Assembly: GCA_965207515.1 (NCBI GenBank) | Contig: OZ242286.1 | Span: 1,681,877 to 1,705,876 of the forward strand | DNA from: Dehalococcoidia bacterium | GTDB taxonomy: Bacteria > Chloroflexota > Dehalococcoidia > Lucifugimonadales > Lucifugimonadaceae | Length of the DNA: 24,000 nucleotides | Reading direction: 5' to 3' | Shown: one piece after another, positions 8,044-16,902 of the stretch | How positions within the stretch are numbered: the first letter of the stretch is position 1 | Layout of the letters: the number at the start of each line of letters is the position of its first letter | The notes under the pieces: model-generated | Databases searched by the model: none | Told to the model about the DNA's origin: nothing | Seen by the model: only the letters and a program-made list of their open reading frames with translations | Program-made: the position numbers and the translations under genes

Positions 8044-9612
8044 CTAAACCCTCGGCAAATCTGCATCATCACCCGTTGCCGATTGCCAAATCCGGATACG
8101 CGCCGCCATGTCCCGGATCCGGTCCCGATGCGAAGGATCGTCATAGAGATTGGTCATCTCATGCGGATCGCTATTCAAGTCGTATAACTCGCACTGGTCC
8201 GCAGGGCAGAGGTTGAGTTTCCACCTGTCGGGCGATATGACTGTGCGCCAATGCATTGAGGCCATACGGTTTATCTCGGGCGTACCTAAGTTGCGATCGC
8301 CCATCCCATTCCACTGCACGAAAACATCATTGTCTTCTAGGTCCGCTTCGCCGCGCAAAACCGGAGCCAAACTCTTCCCCTGCATTTGCCAGCGGGATGA
8401 AGTTTCGCTGACTGCGTTGGGGGCAAACCCGTCGCCCATAAGGGGTCGTGACTGCTGTCTCGCCTGCCAACTCGGAGAATCTGAAGGCGTGCCACTTAGT
8501 TCCAGCAACGTCGGCACGAGATCGACAAGCGAAACCGATCCCTGAACCCGTTGAGACTCGTTAACGACATCAGGGGCAGAGCCTGGCACCCGAATGAACA
8601 GGGGTACCCTAGACGCCTCTTCGTACATCGAGCGTTTCTCAAGCATCCCATGATCGCCAGCCATTTCACCGTGTTCGCTAGTGAAGACGATAATCGTGTT
8701 GTCGAGTTGCCCGGTCTCTTTCAAGGCGTCCAGCATCTTTCCTACCTGCCGATCGACCAGCGTGACGTTCGCGAAGTACTGGGCGCGCAATCGACGCCAA
8801 CCATCTTCCGCCGTCAAATCATGGTAGTCTCCAATGCCCAGAGGGTTTAAATTGCCGGCCATGTAATAATCGGCGCGCAGGCGGTTTAGCAATGAGCTCT
8901 CGTCCGGACGCTTCAGAAACGCTGGCCCTGTTGAAATGTCCTCGGGATCATAAAGATCGTTCAATGGTCCTGTGTAAGGCGGATGTGGCTCGAAGAAAGA
9001 GACGTAGAGCATGAACGGTTGATCGGCATGTCCCGAAGCAGGGTGATTGCGGATGAAATCCGCCGCGCTGTCTCCCAAAAAATACGCTTGAGTTTGCTCT
9101 TCACTTAGCCCAGCTGTTGCAGACCAGTTCTCGTACGAACGGCCTGGCGCAGGCGGTTCGACGCCATGTTTACGAAGGTGGCCATTGTAATCGGCTTCGA
9201 CATTTCGGTACTCGCGTTTGGTCGATCTGGCCCGATGAGAATCCTCGATGCTGATCCACTCATCGAAGCCGTGTTGTCGGATCATGTCATCGCCAAGATG
9301 CCACTTGCCGAAATACCCGCTGTAATAATCCTCGCTGACGCGCTCTGCGATCGTCGGACAATCTTCTGGAAGCGGGATGTTGTTGCGATGCAACCCGACC
9401 GCATGCGGGTACAAACCGGTCATAATCGACGCTCGGCTAGGAGTGCACACCGGTTGCGTAACGTACGCGTTGTCAAATACGAACGACCTGTCGGCGATGC
9501 TGTCTAAGTTAGGCGTCTCAATCCAATCGTTGCCGTAACAAGCCAACGAATCTTGGCGCTGTTGGTCGGTCAGTATGAAAAGGATGTTTGGACGATTGGA
9601 AGCGGTCGTCAT
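8044..9612 (-). CDS. Cys-type sulfatase (arylsulfatase family) with no signal peptide
   Basis: NILFILTDQQR, the formylglycine motif CTPSRASIMTG, and GKWHLG are present. The N-terminus MTTASNRPNILF runs directly into the catalytic fold. Confidence 0.9.
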   Translation of the reverse strand: MTTASNRPNILFILTDQQRQDSLACYGNDWIETPNLDSIADRSFVFDNAYVTQPVCTPSRASIMTGLYPHAVGLHRNNIPLPEDCPTIAERVSEDYYSGYFGKWHLGDDMIRQHGFDEWISIEDSHRARSTKREYRNVEADYNGHLRKHGVEPPAPGRSYENWSATAGLSEEQTQAYFLGDSAADFIRNHPASGHADQPFMLYVSFFEPHPPYTGPLNDLYDPEDISTGPAFLKRPDESSLLNRLRADYYMAGNLNPLGIGDYHDLTAEDGWRRLRAQYFANVTLVDRQVGKMLDALKETGQLDNTIIVFTSEHGEMAGDHGMLEKRSMYEEASRVPLFIRVPGSAPDVVNESQRVQGSVSLVDLVPTLLELSGTPSDSPSWQARQQSRPLMGDGFAPNAVSETSSRWQMQGKSLAPVLRGEADLEDNDVFVQWNGMGDRNLGTPEINRMASMHWRTVISPDRWKLNLCPADQCELYDLNSDPHEMTNLYDDPSHRDRIRDMAARIRIWQSATGDDADLPRV

Positions 9613-9680
9613 GGGCGGGTGGTGACCTCAGTTCGCGTTGTCAATTGGCGTAGGATTTACCTTACTATCAGACCATCGAC

Positions 9681-10088
9681 ATGTCGGACCAGCAAGCACA
9701 TTCCGAACCGATCGACGCGGGTTCATTGCGCCGATCAAGGAGCCCGCGTCGCGAAGAGCGCCCGTGGGGTTCTTACGAGGTTTTGACACGCGGACCCGGT
9801 TTCCAGGTCAAGCGACTGAGCGTCAAGCCCGAATGCCGATTGTCGTATCAATGGCACCGGCACCGCGCTGAGACGTGGACTGTAGCGCGGGGAATCGCTA
9901 AGGTGACGATAAACGGTGAAGACCAGATGCTCGGGCCTTCACAATCCATTCACGTGCCGCGGACGCACAAGCATCGCATCGCGAATCCCTCGTCCATCGA
10001 GCCGCTCGAGATCATCGAAGTCCAGACCGGCGATTATCTTGGCGAGGACGACATCGAACGTGAGGAAGATGATTTTGGGCGAGTGTAA
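9681..10088 (+). CDS. Cupin-domain protein resembling the type II phosphomannose isomerase C-terminal domain
   Basis: RPWGSYEVL, KRLSVKPECRLSYQWHRHRAETW, HRIANP and EVQTGDYLGEDDIEREEDDFGR match the ManC/PMI cupin pattern. There is no nucleotidyltransferase domain. Confidence 0.7.
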   Translation: MSDQQAHSEPIDAGSLRRSRSPRREERPWGSYEVLTRGPGFQVKRLSVKPECRLSYQWHRHRAETWTVARGIAKVTINGEDQMLGPSQSIHVPRTHKHRIANPSSIEPLEIIEVQTGDYLGEDDIEREEDDFGRV

Positions 10089-10192
10089 CGAACGACCTTC
10101 CGCGAAAACGACTCAGCAATAGTAGCAGTTCACACTGTGGCAACTAACGGGTCTGCGTTACCTGGAGTTGATTCGGCTTTAGACTCCGCCAC

Positions 10193-10654
10193 ATGACACC
10201 GTCAATCTCCTTGCCCGTTGCACCTCCCGCCTCGAACGAGGCTACTCGTAGGTCGATGATGTCGAATCGGCGGGTGGACACGAAACCCGAGGTCGCTTTT
10301 CGAAGCATGCTGCACCGTGCCGGACTTCGATTTCGTAAGGATCGCTACATCAAACTTGAACGTCGCGGAGTCAAGGTAGACATTGTGTTTCCAACACCTC
10401 GCGTGGCGGTCTTCATCGACGGCTGCTTTTGGCATCGGTGTACAGAGCACGCAACGATGCCGAAGAGCAACTCCGAGTATTGGCATGCGAAGTTTGAGCG
10501 CAACATCGAGCGCGATGCCCAAAACAATTCGAGTCTCCGACGCACGGGTTGGAGGGTGGTCCGAATCTGGGAGCACGAAGTGAAGCACGAGGAACTCGCC
10601 CGACACGCCGTCGAACGCGTGCTACGGATCGTTCGTACCAGCGAAAACGGCTGA
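10193..10654 (+). CDS. vsr: Very short patch repair (Vsr) endonuclease
   Basis: The protein aligns well by eye with E. coli Vsr through DTKPEVAFRSML, VDIVFP (catalytic Asp context), VFIDGCFWHRC, YWHAKFERNIERD and GWRVVRIWEHE. The start is uncertain, with an alternative at MMSNRR. Confidence 0.85.
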   Translation: MTPSISLPVAPPASNEATRRSMMSNRRVDTKPEVAFRSMLHRAGLRFRKDRYIKLERRGVKVDIVFPTPRVAVFIDGCFWHRCTEHATMPKSNSEYWHAKFERNIERDAQNNSSLRRTGWRVVRIWEHEVKHEELARHAVERVLRIVRTSENG

Positions 10655-10717
10655 TGCGATTAGAATTGGCATTCGCTTAAACCCAGATCTCAAGACTCGC
10701 ACCAGCGAAATATCGAG

Positions 10718-11383
10718 ATGTCCACACAACTTGACGAGGCGCAGATCGGTTCCATCCTTGAGTCGGCCTATTCCGGCGCGGTGTACGATGCCATGCGCGA
10801 ACTCGGCCTCGATGCCGGTATCCTTCCGAACGACATCCGACCTTTAGATCCCGCGATCCCATTGGTTGGAAAGATATGGACGTGCAGCGGCGGGATGGTT
10901 GAAGGGATATCGCAAGATGAATCCCTACTCTCATGGACTGGCATGTTGAGCGCCGCACCCCCAGCGTCTGTGGTGGTCTGCCAACCCAACGATTCGACGA
11001 TCGCTCACATGGGAGAACTCTCTGCCGAGACGCTTAAATTCAGGGGCGTCAAAGGGTACATCGTAGATGGCGGTAATCGCGACACCGACTTCATCCTCAA
11101 GTTGGGATTTCCGGTCTTTTGTCGCTATCTGACTCCGTCCGACATTGTGGAACGCTGGGAGATCCAAACGATGGGAGAACCCATCAAAATCGGAGATGTG
11201 AAGATCCACACCGGCGATTACATCCTAGGAGACCGAGACGGCGTGGTCGTAATTCCGGCGGCATCCGCTTCCGCGGTCGCAAGTCACGTCGACGAGGTAA
11301 TGAACACCGAGAACGAACTTCGCAATATGATCCTCGACGGGATGGATCCTCAAGAGGCGTACATCAAGTACCAGCGGTTCTAA
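10718..11383 (+). CDS. RraA-family protein (4-hydroxy-4-methyl-2-oxoglutarate aldolase/oxaloacetate decarboxylase-like)
   Basis: GELSAETLKFRGVKGYIVDGGNRD and GDYILGDRDGVVVIP are characteristic of the RraA/DlpA fold. Confidence 0.75.
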   Translation: MSTQLDEAQIGSILESAYSGAVYDAMRELGLDAGILPNDIRPLDPAIPLVGKIWTCSGGMVEGISQDESLLSWTGMLSAAPPASVVVCQPNDSTIAHMGELSAETLKFRGVKGYIVDGGNRDTDFILKLGFPVFCRYLTPSDIVERWEIQTMGEPIKIGDVKIHTGDYILGDRDGVVVIPAASASAVASHVDEVMNTENELRNMILDGMDPQEAYIKYQRF

Positions 11384-11385
11384 GA

Positions 11386-11907
11386 ATGGCAACGTCCGAA
11401 CCTGAATTGCATTCGTTCGTCGAAAATCTCCGTGCACCGGGATGGATGTTCGCGTTCCTCGGATTGGCCCTCGGCGCAGTGTCAGGAGGGTTGACGGCCA
11501 TAGGGATCAGAACCCTTACCGGCGATTCACTGCTTTCGGGGACGGAAGCGCTGATCTTCTACGTCACATTTGCCATCGGTGTAGTCGGCATCGTATACGT
11601 GATGCTTAACTCCACTTTGATGGAGACCAGAGTGAACGCCGATGGAATCACGGTCAGATTGGGCGTATTGGGCACGCAGCGCACCCTGACATGGGACACG
11701 ATCATTGCGGTGCGTCCAACAGGCCACAACATCGTCCGGCATGGCGGGCGCGGTAATCCATTCGCGCCTTCGTCTCGAACGTCCTGGACGATGTACGGAG
11801 TCCGGAGCGGGGTGGAGATTGAAGCAGAGAACCAAATTCTTTTTGTCTCCAGCCGCAACGCCGAGGAAATGATTTCGGTTGCAACCAGAGCGCTAGGTCA
11901 ACGGTAA
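11386..11907 (+). CDS. Membrane protein with two N-terminal TM helices and a soluble C-terminal domain; function unknown
   Basis: The ATG at 11386 lies 2 nt after the RraA stop, which suggests coupling. Hydrophobic segments are WMFAFLGLALGAVSGGLTAIGI and ALIFYVTFAIGVVGIVYVML. The track ORF start at 11119 overlaps rraA out of frame and I rejected it. Confidence 0.5.
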   Translation: MATSEPELHSFVENLRAPGWMFAFLGLALGAVSGGLTAIGIRTLTGDSLLSGTEALIFYVTFAIGVVGIVYVMLNSTLMETRVNADGITVRLGVLGTQRTLTWDTIIAVRPTGHNIVRHGGRGNPFAPSSRTSWTMYGVRSGVEIEAENQILFVSSRNAEEMISVATRALGQR

Positions 11908-11996
11908 AACCGAACCCAACGGGCATCGACGATACCCACTGCTATCATCACACCAAACCAACGCCGATCTGCGAAACCCACCGGAGCGTCACGCCC

Positions 11997-13076
11997 ATGT
12001 CTACCTCCACGCTGGCCGCCATCATTTACGAACAGGGGCAACCTGTAGCCGTCGAAACTCTCCAATTGGACGATCCGGGGCCGGGAGAGGTGATGGTCAA
12101 GATCGGCGGCACTGGTGTCTGCCACAGCGACCATAACGTCTACTCGGGTTACCGTCGCAATGACGATCTCCCTACGATCTTGGGGCATGAAGGTGCAGGG
12201 ACGGTCGAGAAGGTCGGTGCAGGTGTGCACGGTTTAGAACCGGGCGACAAGGTGGTTTTTGCCATCCGACCGATGTGCGGAAAATGTAAGTACTGCTCAA
12301 CGGCACGGTGGAACTTGTGCGATCCCATCTCGTCGCATCAACCCACTGCACAATTTCGCAAAAACGGCACTACCTACTACGCTGGTTTGGCGACTTACGC
12401 CGAATACACTGTGGCGTGGGAAAACAACGTCGTTAAAGTGGACCCGGATGTGCGTCTCGACCGTGCGGCTCTAGTAGGTTGTGCCGTGATCACAGGCGTA
12501 GGCGCAGTGGTCAACAGAGCCAAGGTGGAAACCGGTTCAACGGTCGCCGTATGGGGTTGCGGAGGTGTCGGTTTAAACGTGATTCAAGGCGCGTATATCG
12601 CCGGTGCGTCGAGGATCATCGCAATCGACACAAACCCTTCAAAGTTCCAATACGCCACGAAACTCGGCGCCACTGATACGGTCGACGCGTCTCAAGACGA
12701 TGCGGTTGAAGCGGTCAGAGATCTGACTGACGGCGGTGTCGACTACGCGTTCGAGGTCATCGGACAACCCGCGACGCTGCGTCAAGCTTTGGAAGCTACG
12801 TGCGAAGGCGGGACCGCCGTATTGGTAGGAGCCGCTCCAGACGACGGCGAAGTGACAATCCCGATGCGGCATCTGTTCCTCGACCGTTCCCTGATCGGCT
12901 GCAGCGCGGGCACAGGGCGACCTCGGTACGATTTCCAATGGCTGATCGCGATGTACCAGCAAGGGCGTCTGAATCTGGATGATCTGGTGACGCGTACGCG
13001 ACCGTTGACCGAAGTCAACGAAGCGTTCCGCGACATGGAAGCGGGTGCCGTCGCGCGAACTGTGCTGGTGCCTTAG
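11997..13076 (+). CDS. Zinc-dependent alcohol dehydrogenase (MDR superfamily)
   Basis: GVCHSDH, GHEGAGTVEKVG, the structural-zinc cluster CGKCKYCSTARWNLC and the Rossmann motif VWGCGGVGL are present. GGAG lies 10 nt upstream of the ATG. Confidence 0.85.
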   Translation: MSTSTLAAIIYEQGQPVAVETLQLDDPGPGEVMVKIGGTGVCHSDHNVYSGYRRNDDLPTILGHEGAGTVEKVGAGVHGLEPGDKVVFAIRPMCGKCKYCSTARWNLCDPISSHQPTAQFRKNGTTYYAGLATYAEYTVAWENNVVKVDPDVRLDRAALVGCAVITGVGAVVNRAKVETGSTVAVWGCGGVGLNVIQGAYIAGASRIIAIDTNPSKFQYATKLGATDTVDASQDDAVEAVRDLTDGGVDYAFEVIGQPATLRQALEATCEGGTAVLVGAAPDDGEVTIPMRHLFLDRSLIGCSAGTGRPRYDFQWLIAMYQQGRLNLDDLVTRTRPLTEVNEAFRDMEAGAVARTVLVP

Positions 13077-13103
13077 GGAGCAGCAGCGCAAAACCCGATT
13101 CGT

Positions 13104-13313
13104 TCAATCAGCGTTGGCGCTGACTTGACTTTGGAATCCGGTTCGGATGTGGGAATTGTCGCAGTAAGGCTTCTTGCGTGAGATCCCGCACCTACAGAGG
13201 CGGACCTTGCCATGTTGTCGGAACTTGCCGCCTTCGGAATCTTGAAGATCGAAATCCCCAACGACTTCTAACGCGTCATTGTTCCAGACGTATATCCGTG
13301 TCGGCTCGGCCAC
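13104..13313 (-). CDS. CDGSH iron-sulfur domain protein with a single motif (CDNSH variant)
   Basis: The motif is CRCGISRKKPYCDNSH. The GTG start at 13313 lies 1 nt after the upstream CDGSH gene's stop. Confidence 0.7.
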   Translation of the reverse strand: MAEPTRIYVWNNDALEVVGDFDLQDSEGGKFRQHGKVRLCRCGISRKKPYCDNSHIRTGFQSQVSANAD

Positions 13314-13314
13314 G

Positions 13315-13515
13315 CTAACCTGCCCTGCAGGAATCGTTGAAGCCGACCATGTTGTGCGATCCGTCGCAAAACGGCTTTTCGTCTGACGCGCCGCAACGGC
13401 AAAGGTATGCCTCGCCGTCCACTGGGAACTCGTTCCCGTCGGCGTCGGACACTACAAAGTTCCCACTAACCCAATACGGTCCGTTGTCGGACGTCGTCAC
13501 GGTGGTATCAGCCAT
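13315..13515 (-). CDS. CDGSH iron-sulfur domain protein with a single canonical motif
   Basis: DNGPYWVSG followed by CRCGASDEKPFCDGSH is present. The ATG at 13515 is preceded by GGAGAGGA. The longer track ORF reaching 13890 would run antisense into the enolase-family gene. Confidence 0.75.
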   Translation of the reverse strand: MADTTVTTSDNGPYWVSGNFVVSDADGNEFPVDGEAYLCRCGASDEKPFCDGSHNMVGFNDSCRAG

Positions 13516-13662
13516 CAGGTTCCTCTCCCCGCTCTGGAGCGTTGCTTTGCGCTGAAAATATCTTGTAACCGCATTGTAGCGCGTATCATTCTCATTCGAT
13601 ATACGTGTTGGAACATTGCCTAGTTCACCACGTGACTGACCCAAAACGGCGAAGAGATTGCA

Positions 13663-14820
13663 ATGAAAATCACTGAAATCAAAACGTTCCTGATGTCCGG
13701 CGGCGGAAGCCGAAATTGGTGCTTCGTAAAGGTCTACACGGATGCGGGCATATACGGCGTGGGTGAGGGATCGGGTTGGCCGCGCGTGGTGCGCACCGCC
13801 GTCGAAGATCTCTCGAACGTAATCGTCGGCGAAGATCCGATGGATATTGAGCGGCTGCACCAAAAGATGATCGTGGCGATGATGGGGCACGGCATGACCG
13901 GCACACCGGGTTCGGGCGCGATCAACGCGATCGATATCGCTTTATGGGACATCAAAGGCAAAGTTTTGGACACACCAGTTTGGAATCTCCTCGGGGGCCG
14001 TGTCCGCAAGAAGATCCGCACTTATGCCCACGCCCACTCGCCCGAACGGGCGTTGGAACTGAGAGATCGAGGCATCACCGGCGTAAAGACCGGAGGAGTT
14101 TACCGCACCGTTGAAATCGTCGACTCCATCCGAAGGGCCGTCGGCGACGAGATGGACATTATGGTCGACGCACACGGACCGCCGTGGTTCACAACAAAAG
14201 ACGCAATAATCGTCGGCAAAGGCCTGGAGCCATACAACCTGCTCTTTTACGAAGACCCGGTACCGCCGGAAAACACTGCTGCACTTCGCCGCGTCCAAGA
14301 GAACGTCGATATCCCGATCGCGGCCGGCGAACGGCATTCGCACATTTGGGGAGTTCGAGAGATCATCGAGGACGAGATTGTCGATGTCGTGCAGCCCGAT
14401 TCAGGGCGCATCGGCGGTATCACGCAGCTCAAGAAGATCGCCGCTCTTGCTGAGGCCCACTACATCAACGTGGCTCCTCACTCTGGCTCGTTAGGCCCCG
14501 TTGCAGAATACGCGGCGATCCACATCTTGGCATCGATCGCGAATGCGTTGATATTGGAACGACTCGAAGACGACGTACCTCAGCGATACGAGGTCATCAA
14601 ACCCCATCTACCAACCGTCGACGGCTACATCACTGTGCCCGAAGAACCCGGTCTGGGTGTCGACTTTGACGAGGATGTCGTGGCGGCGAATCCGCCCGAC
14701 CCGAACGTCTACTCCGGACCCGATCCGCAAGACGGGCATTACGAACCGGGAACCTACGACGAACGCGTCTACTACCAGCAGCGATACCGCCGGCAACTAG
14801 AACTCAAACGACCTCGCTGA
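13663..14820 (+). CDS. Enolase-superfamily enzyme (mandelate racemase/muconate lactonizing family), acid-sugar dehydratase-like
   Basis: The N-terminal capping domain reads MKITEIKTF...VKVYTDAGIYGVGEG. Metal-ligand contexts are MVDAHG, FYEDP and AAGER, and VQPD and APHS are also present. Confidence 0.85.
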   Translation: MKITEIKTFLMSGGGSRNWCFVKVYTDAGIYGVGEGSGWPRVVRTAVEDLSNVIVGEDPMDIERLHQKMIVAMMGHGMTGTPGSGAINAIDIALWDIKGKVLDTPVWNLLGGRVRKKIRTYAHAHSPERALELRDRGITGVKTGGVYRTVEIVDSIRRAVGDEMDIMVDAHGPPWFTTKDAIIVGKGLEPYNLLFYEDPVPPENTAALRRVQENVDIPIAAGERHSHIWGVREIIEDEIVDVVQPDSGRIGGITQLKKIAALAEAHYINVAPHSGSLGPVAEYAAIHILASIANALILERLEDDVPQRYEVIKPHLPTVDGYITVPEEPGLGVDFDEDVVAANPPDPNVYSGPDPQDGHYEPGTYDERVYYQQRYRRQLELKRPR

Positions 14821-14843
14821 CCTCTCGACTATGGCGAAACAGT

Positions 14844-15599
14844 TCACACTCCTTCGGGTTGGTTCCTGTTGCGGTATCGGGCGTTGGGCCCCTCGAGGAT
14901 GGCTCGTTGGGCGTTGGAGAGATTTGCGTAGTCGTCCGGGTCGAAGAAGTGTGCCGACCAAGAAATCGGGTGGGGGCTGTACTTGAAAAACACGGTGCGG
15001 CGTTCATCGGAACCAGTCCAGGGCAGAGTGCCGTGTGTTAGCGCCTCGGTGAATATGATGGCTGTGCCAGCGGGTCCGGTGACGCGCTCGACCAGTGGGC
15101 CGGGTTCCTCCATCTCTTTCCACTCATCCGGAAAGCCGTAGTTGCTCTTGTGAGAGCCGGGCACGCATCCAAATCCTCCGTCAAAGGGTCCTACGTCCTT
15201 GAGGTTGTAGGCGACCACCGACAGGCCGTTGTGCATTTGGCCGTTCTCAAAGCGGAAATAGTGCGTGGGGTTGAACGGCACCGCGCCTCCGTGGAGCCGG
15301 GTGCCTATCGGACCTTTGCCAGCCCGGATGACATCGAGGTAGACGTGGTCGAGCCGGAATTGGTCCCCTAACAGTTCAGCTACATATGGCGTTATCACCG
15401 GGTTGTCGATTAAGTCCAGATACTCCTGGCCCCAATCGAGCAGCGGTACAAACCGGTGAGTGCGCATATCGGGCGGGCATTCGGAGGCGATATGCTCATC
15501 GAGCACGCTGTTGAGCCTAGCGATCTGCTCCTGGGTCAGCGCTTCGGGCACTACAAGGTAGCCTTGGAGGTCGAACAGATATCGTTCTTGATCGTTCAC
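14844..15599 (-). CDS. Phytanoyl-CoA dioxygenase (PhyH) family Fe(II)/2-oxoglutarate oxygenase
   Basis: YLFDLQGYLVVPEAL, FGCVPGSHK and IFTEALTHGT are present. The start is a GTG at 15599 with AGGAA upstream. Confidence 0.75.
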   Translation of the reverse strand: MNDQERYLFDLQGYLVVPEALTQEQIARLNSVLDEHIASECPPDMRTHRFVPLLDWGQEYLDLIDNPVITPYVAELLGDQFRLDHVYLDVIRAGKGPIGTRLHGGAVPFNPTHYFRFENGQMHNGLSVVAYNLKDVGPFDGGFGCVPGSHKSNYGFPDEWKEMEEPGPLVERVTGPAGTAIIFTEALTHGTLPWTGSDERRTVFFKYSPHPISWSAHFFDPDDYANLSNAQRAILEGPNARYRNRNQPEGV

Positions 15600-15822
15600 G
15601 GGTTGATTCCTACTGGCAAGCGAATTGCGGGTGATTGCTGTGGCGATTTTGCGGGCTTATTCGCAGAGCAAATTGTAGCCGCGCGCGAGCCGTTTCGGCA
15701 TTACGGGGCGACACATCCCGCGTTAGGGACAGGCGGTTGGTTTTGCGGTTATGGTTGATAGTAGCGAATCCAAAACGGACACAGATGCACGCAATCTCAC
15801 CGAAACAATGGAGCGAGGATAG

Positions 15823-16887
15823 ATGACCCTGAAAGTTGTGGTTACCTGCGAGACCTTCGTCGATGTAAAAGGCATCATCGAATCGGCTGGCGATATCGAA
15901 GTCGAGATACTTAAGCCGTTCACGGAGCACGAACCGTACGTCGAGGCATTGAAAGACGCCGATGGCGCGCTTGTCGCTACCTGGCCACTCACAGGTCGGG
16001 ATGTCATGGAAGCGTGTCCGAATCTGAAGGTCGTTAGCCGAATGGGTGTGGGAGTCGACTCGATTGATCTTGATGCCGCGACCGAGCTAGGCGTGTTGGC
16101 GTGCAACGTCCCCGGTGTCAACACCGTCGAGGTGGCCGATCACGCGATGGCGATGTTGCTCGCGATCCTACGGCGCATCCCCGAAACCGTACAGGCATCC
16201 CGCGACGGAAAGTGGTCCGATGACCCCGCGCTCATGCGGGAATTCCAAGAAACTGTCGACCGGGTGGGTGGCAAGACCGTTGGCATCCTCGGATTTGGAA
16301 ACATCGGTCGCGCCTTCGCACAGCGTATCCGCGGCTTCGGTCCAAGGCGCATCATCGCGTTCGACCCTTACGGCTACCAGTCGCAGGCCGACCTGTACGG
16401 CGTCCAACTCGTCGAACTTGATGAGTTGCTATCTGAATCGGACATCATCTCGATCCACTCGCCGCACACGGCCGCAACTGACCACATCATTAACGCCGAG
16501 ACGCTCGGACAGATGAAGCCGACCGCGATTCTGCTGAACTGCGCCCGAGGCAAGATCGTCGATCAAGTCGCTCTTCACGCCGCTTTGCGTGACGGTCAGA
16601 TCGCGTTCGCCGGCATCGACGTCACGGAGGTCGAACCGGTGGCTTCCGAGGATCCGATCCTCACGCTGCCGAACATCTACGTAACGCCGCACCTTGCGGG
16701 TTACTCGCCAACTTTCCTAGAGGAATGCGGACAAAAACAGGCAGAAAACGTCAGCTTCGCGTTGACGGGTCGGGCTCCGCACGGCTTGACGAACCCGGAT
16801 GTGATCAAGACGATCGCGGTCCAGCGAGCCGGCGATGGAGGTCGCTGGGCGAACGTGCCGGACTTCTCGACAAGTTTGCCGTTCTAG
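15823..16887 (+). CDS. D-isomer-specific 2-hydroxyacid dehydrogenase family protein
   Basis: RMGVGVDSIDLDAA, the NAD motif GILGFGNIGRAFAQR, and NCARG and HLAG are present. A GGAGCGAGG SD precedes the ATG. Confidence 0.85.
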   Translation: MTLKVVVTCETFVDVKGIIESAGDIEVEILKPFTEHEPYVEALKDADGALVATWPLTGRDVMEACPNLKVVSRMGVGVDSIDLDAATELGVLACNVPGVNTVEVADHAMAMLLAILRRIPETVQASRDGKWSDDPALMREFQETVDRVGGKTVGILGFGNIGRAFAQRIRGFGPRRIIAFDPYGYQSQADLYGVQLVELDELLSESDIISIHSPHTAATDHIINAETLGQMKPTAILLNCARGKIVDQVALHAALRDGQIAFAGIDVTEVEPVASEDPILTLPNIYVTPHLAGYSPTFLEECGQKQAENVSFALTGRAPHGLTNPDVIKTIAVQRAGDGGRWANVPDFSTSLPF

Positions 16888-16902
16888 CATTCCTGCAGTT
16901 CG

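Noticed and set aside
9638-9668. Sigma70-like promoter (TTGTCA ... TACTAT) upstream of the cupin gene
   Set aside because: The spacer is 19 nt, the -10 is weak, and the promoter consensus for this presumably non-proteobacterial lineage is unknown. This is too speculative to list as a feature.
11119-11385. N-terminal 89-aa extension of the 11119..11907 ORF
   Set aside because: It overlaps the 3' half of the well-supported RraA-like gene in another frame, and its translation is Arg-rich junk. The ATG at 11386, right after the rraA stop, gives a sensible membrane-protein N-terminus.
13516-13890. Long version (191 aa) of the first CDGSH ORF
   Set aside because: The extension is antisense to the start of the enolase-superfamily gene and crosses the divergent promoter region. 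A strong SD precedes the internal ATG at 13515.
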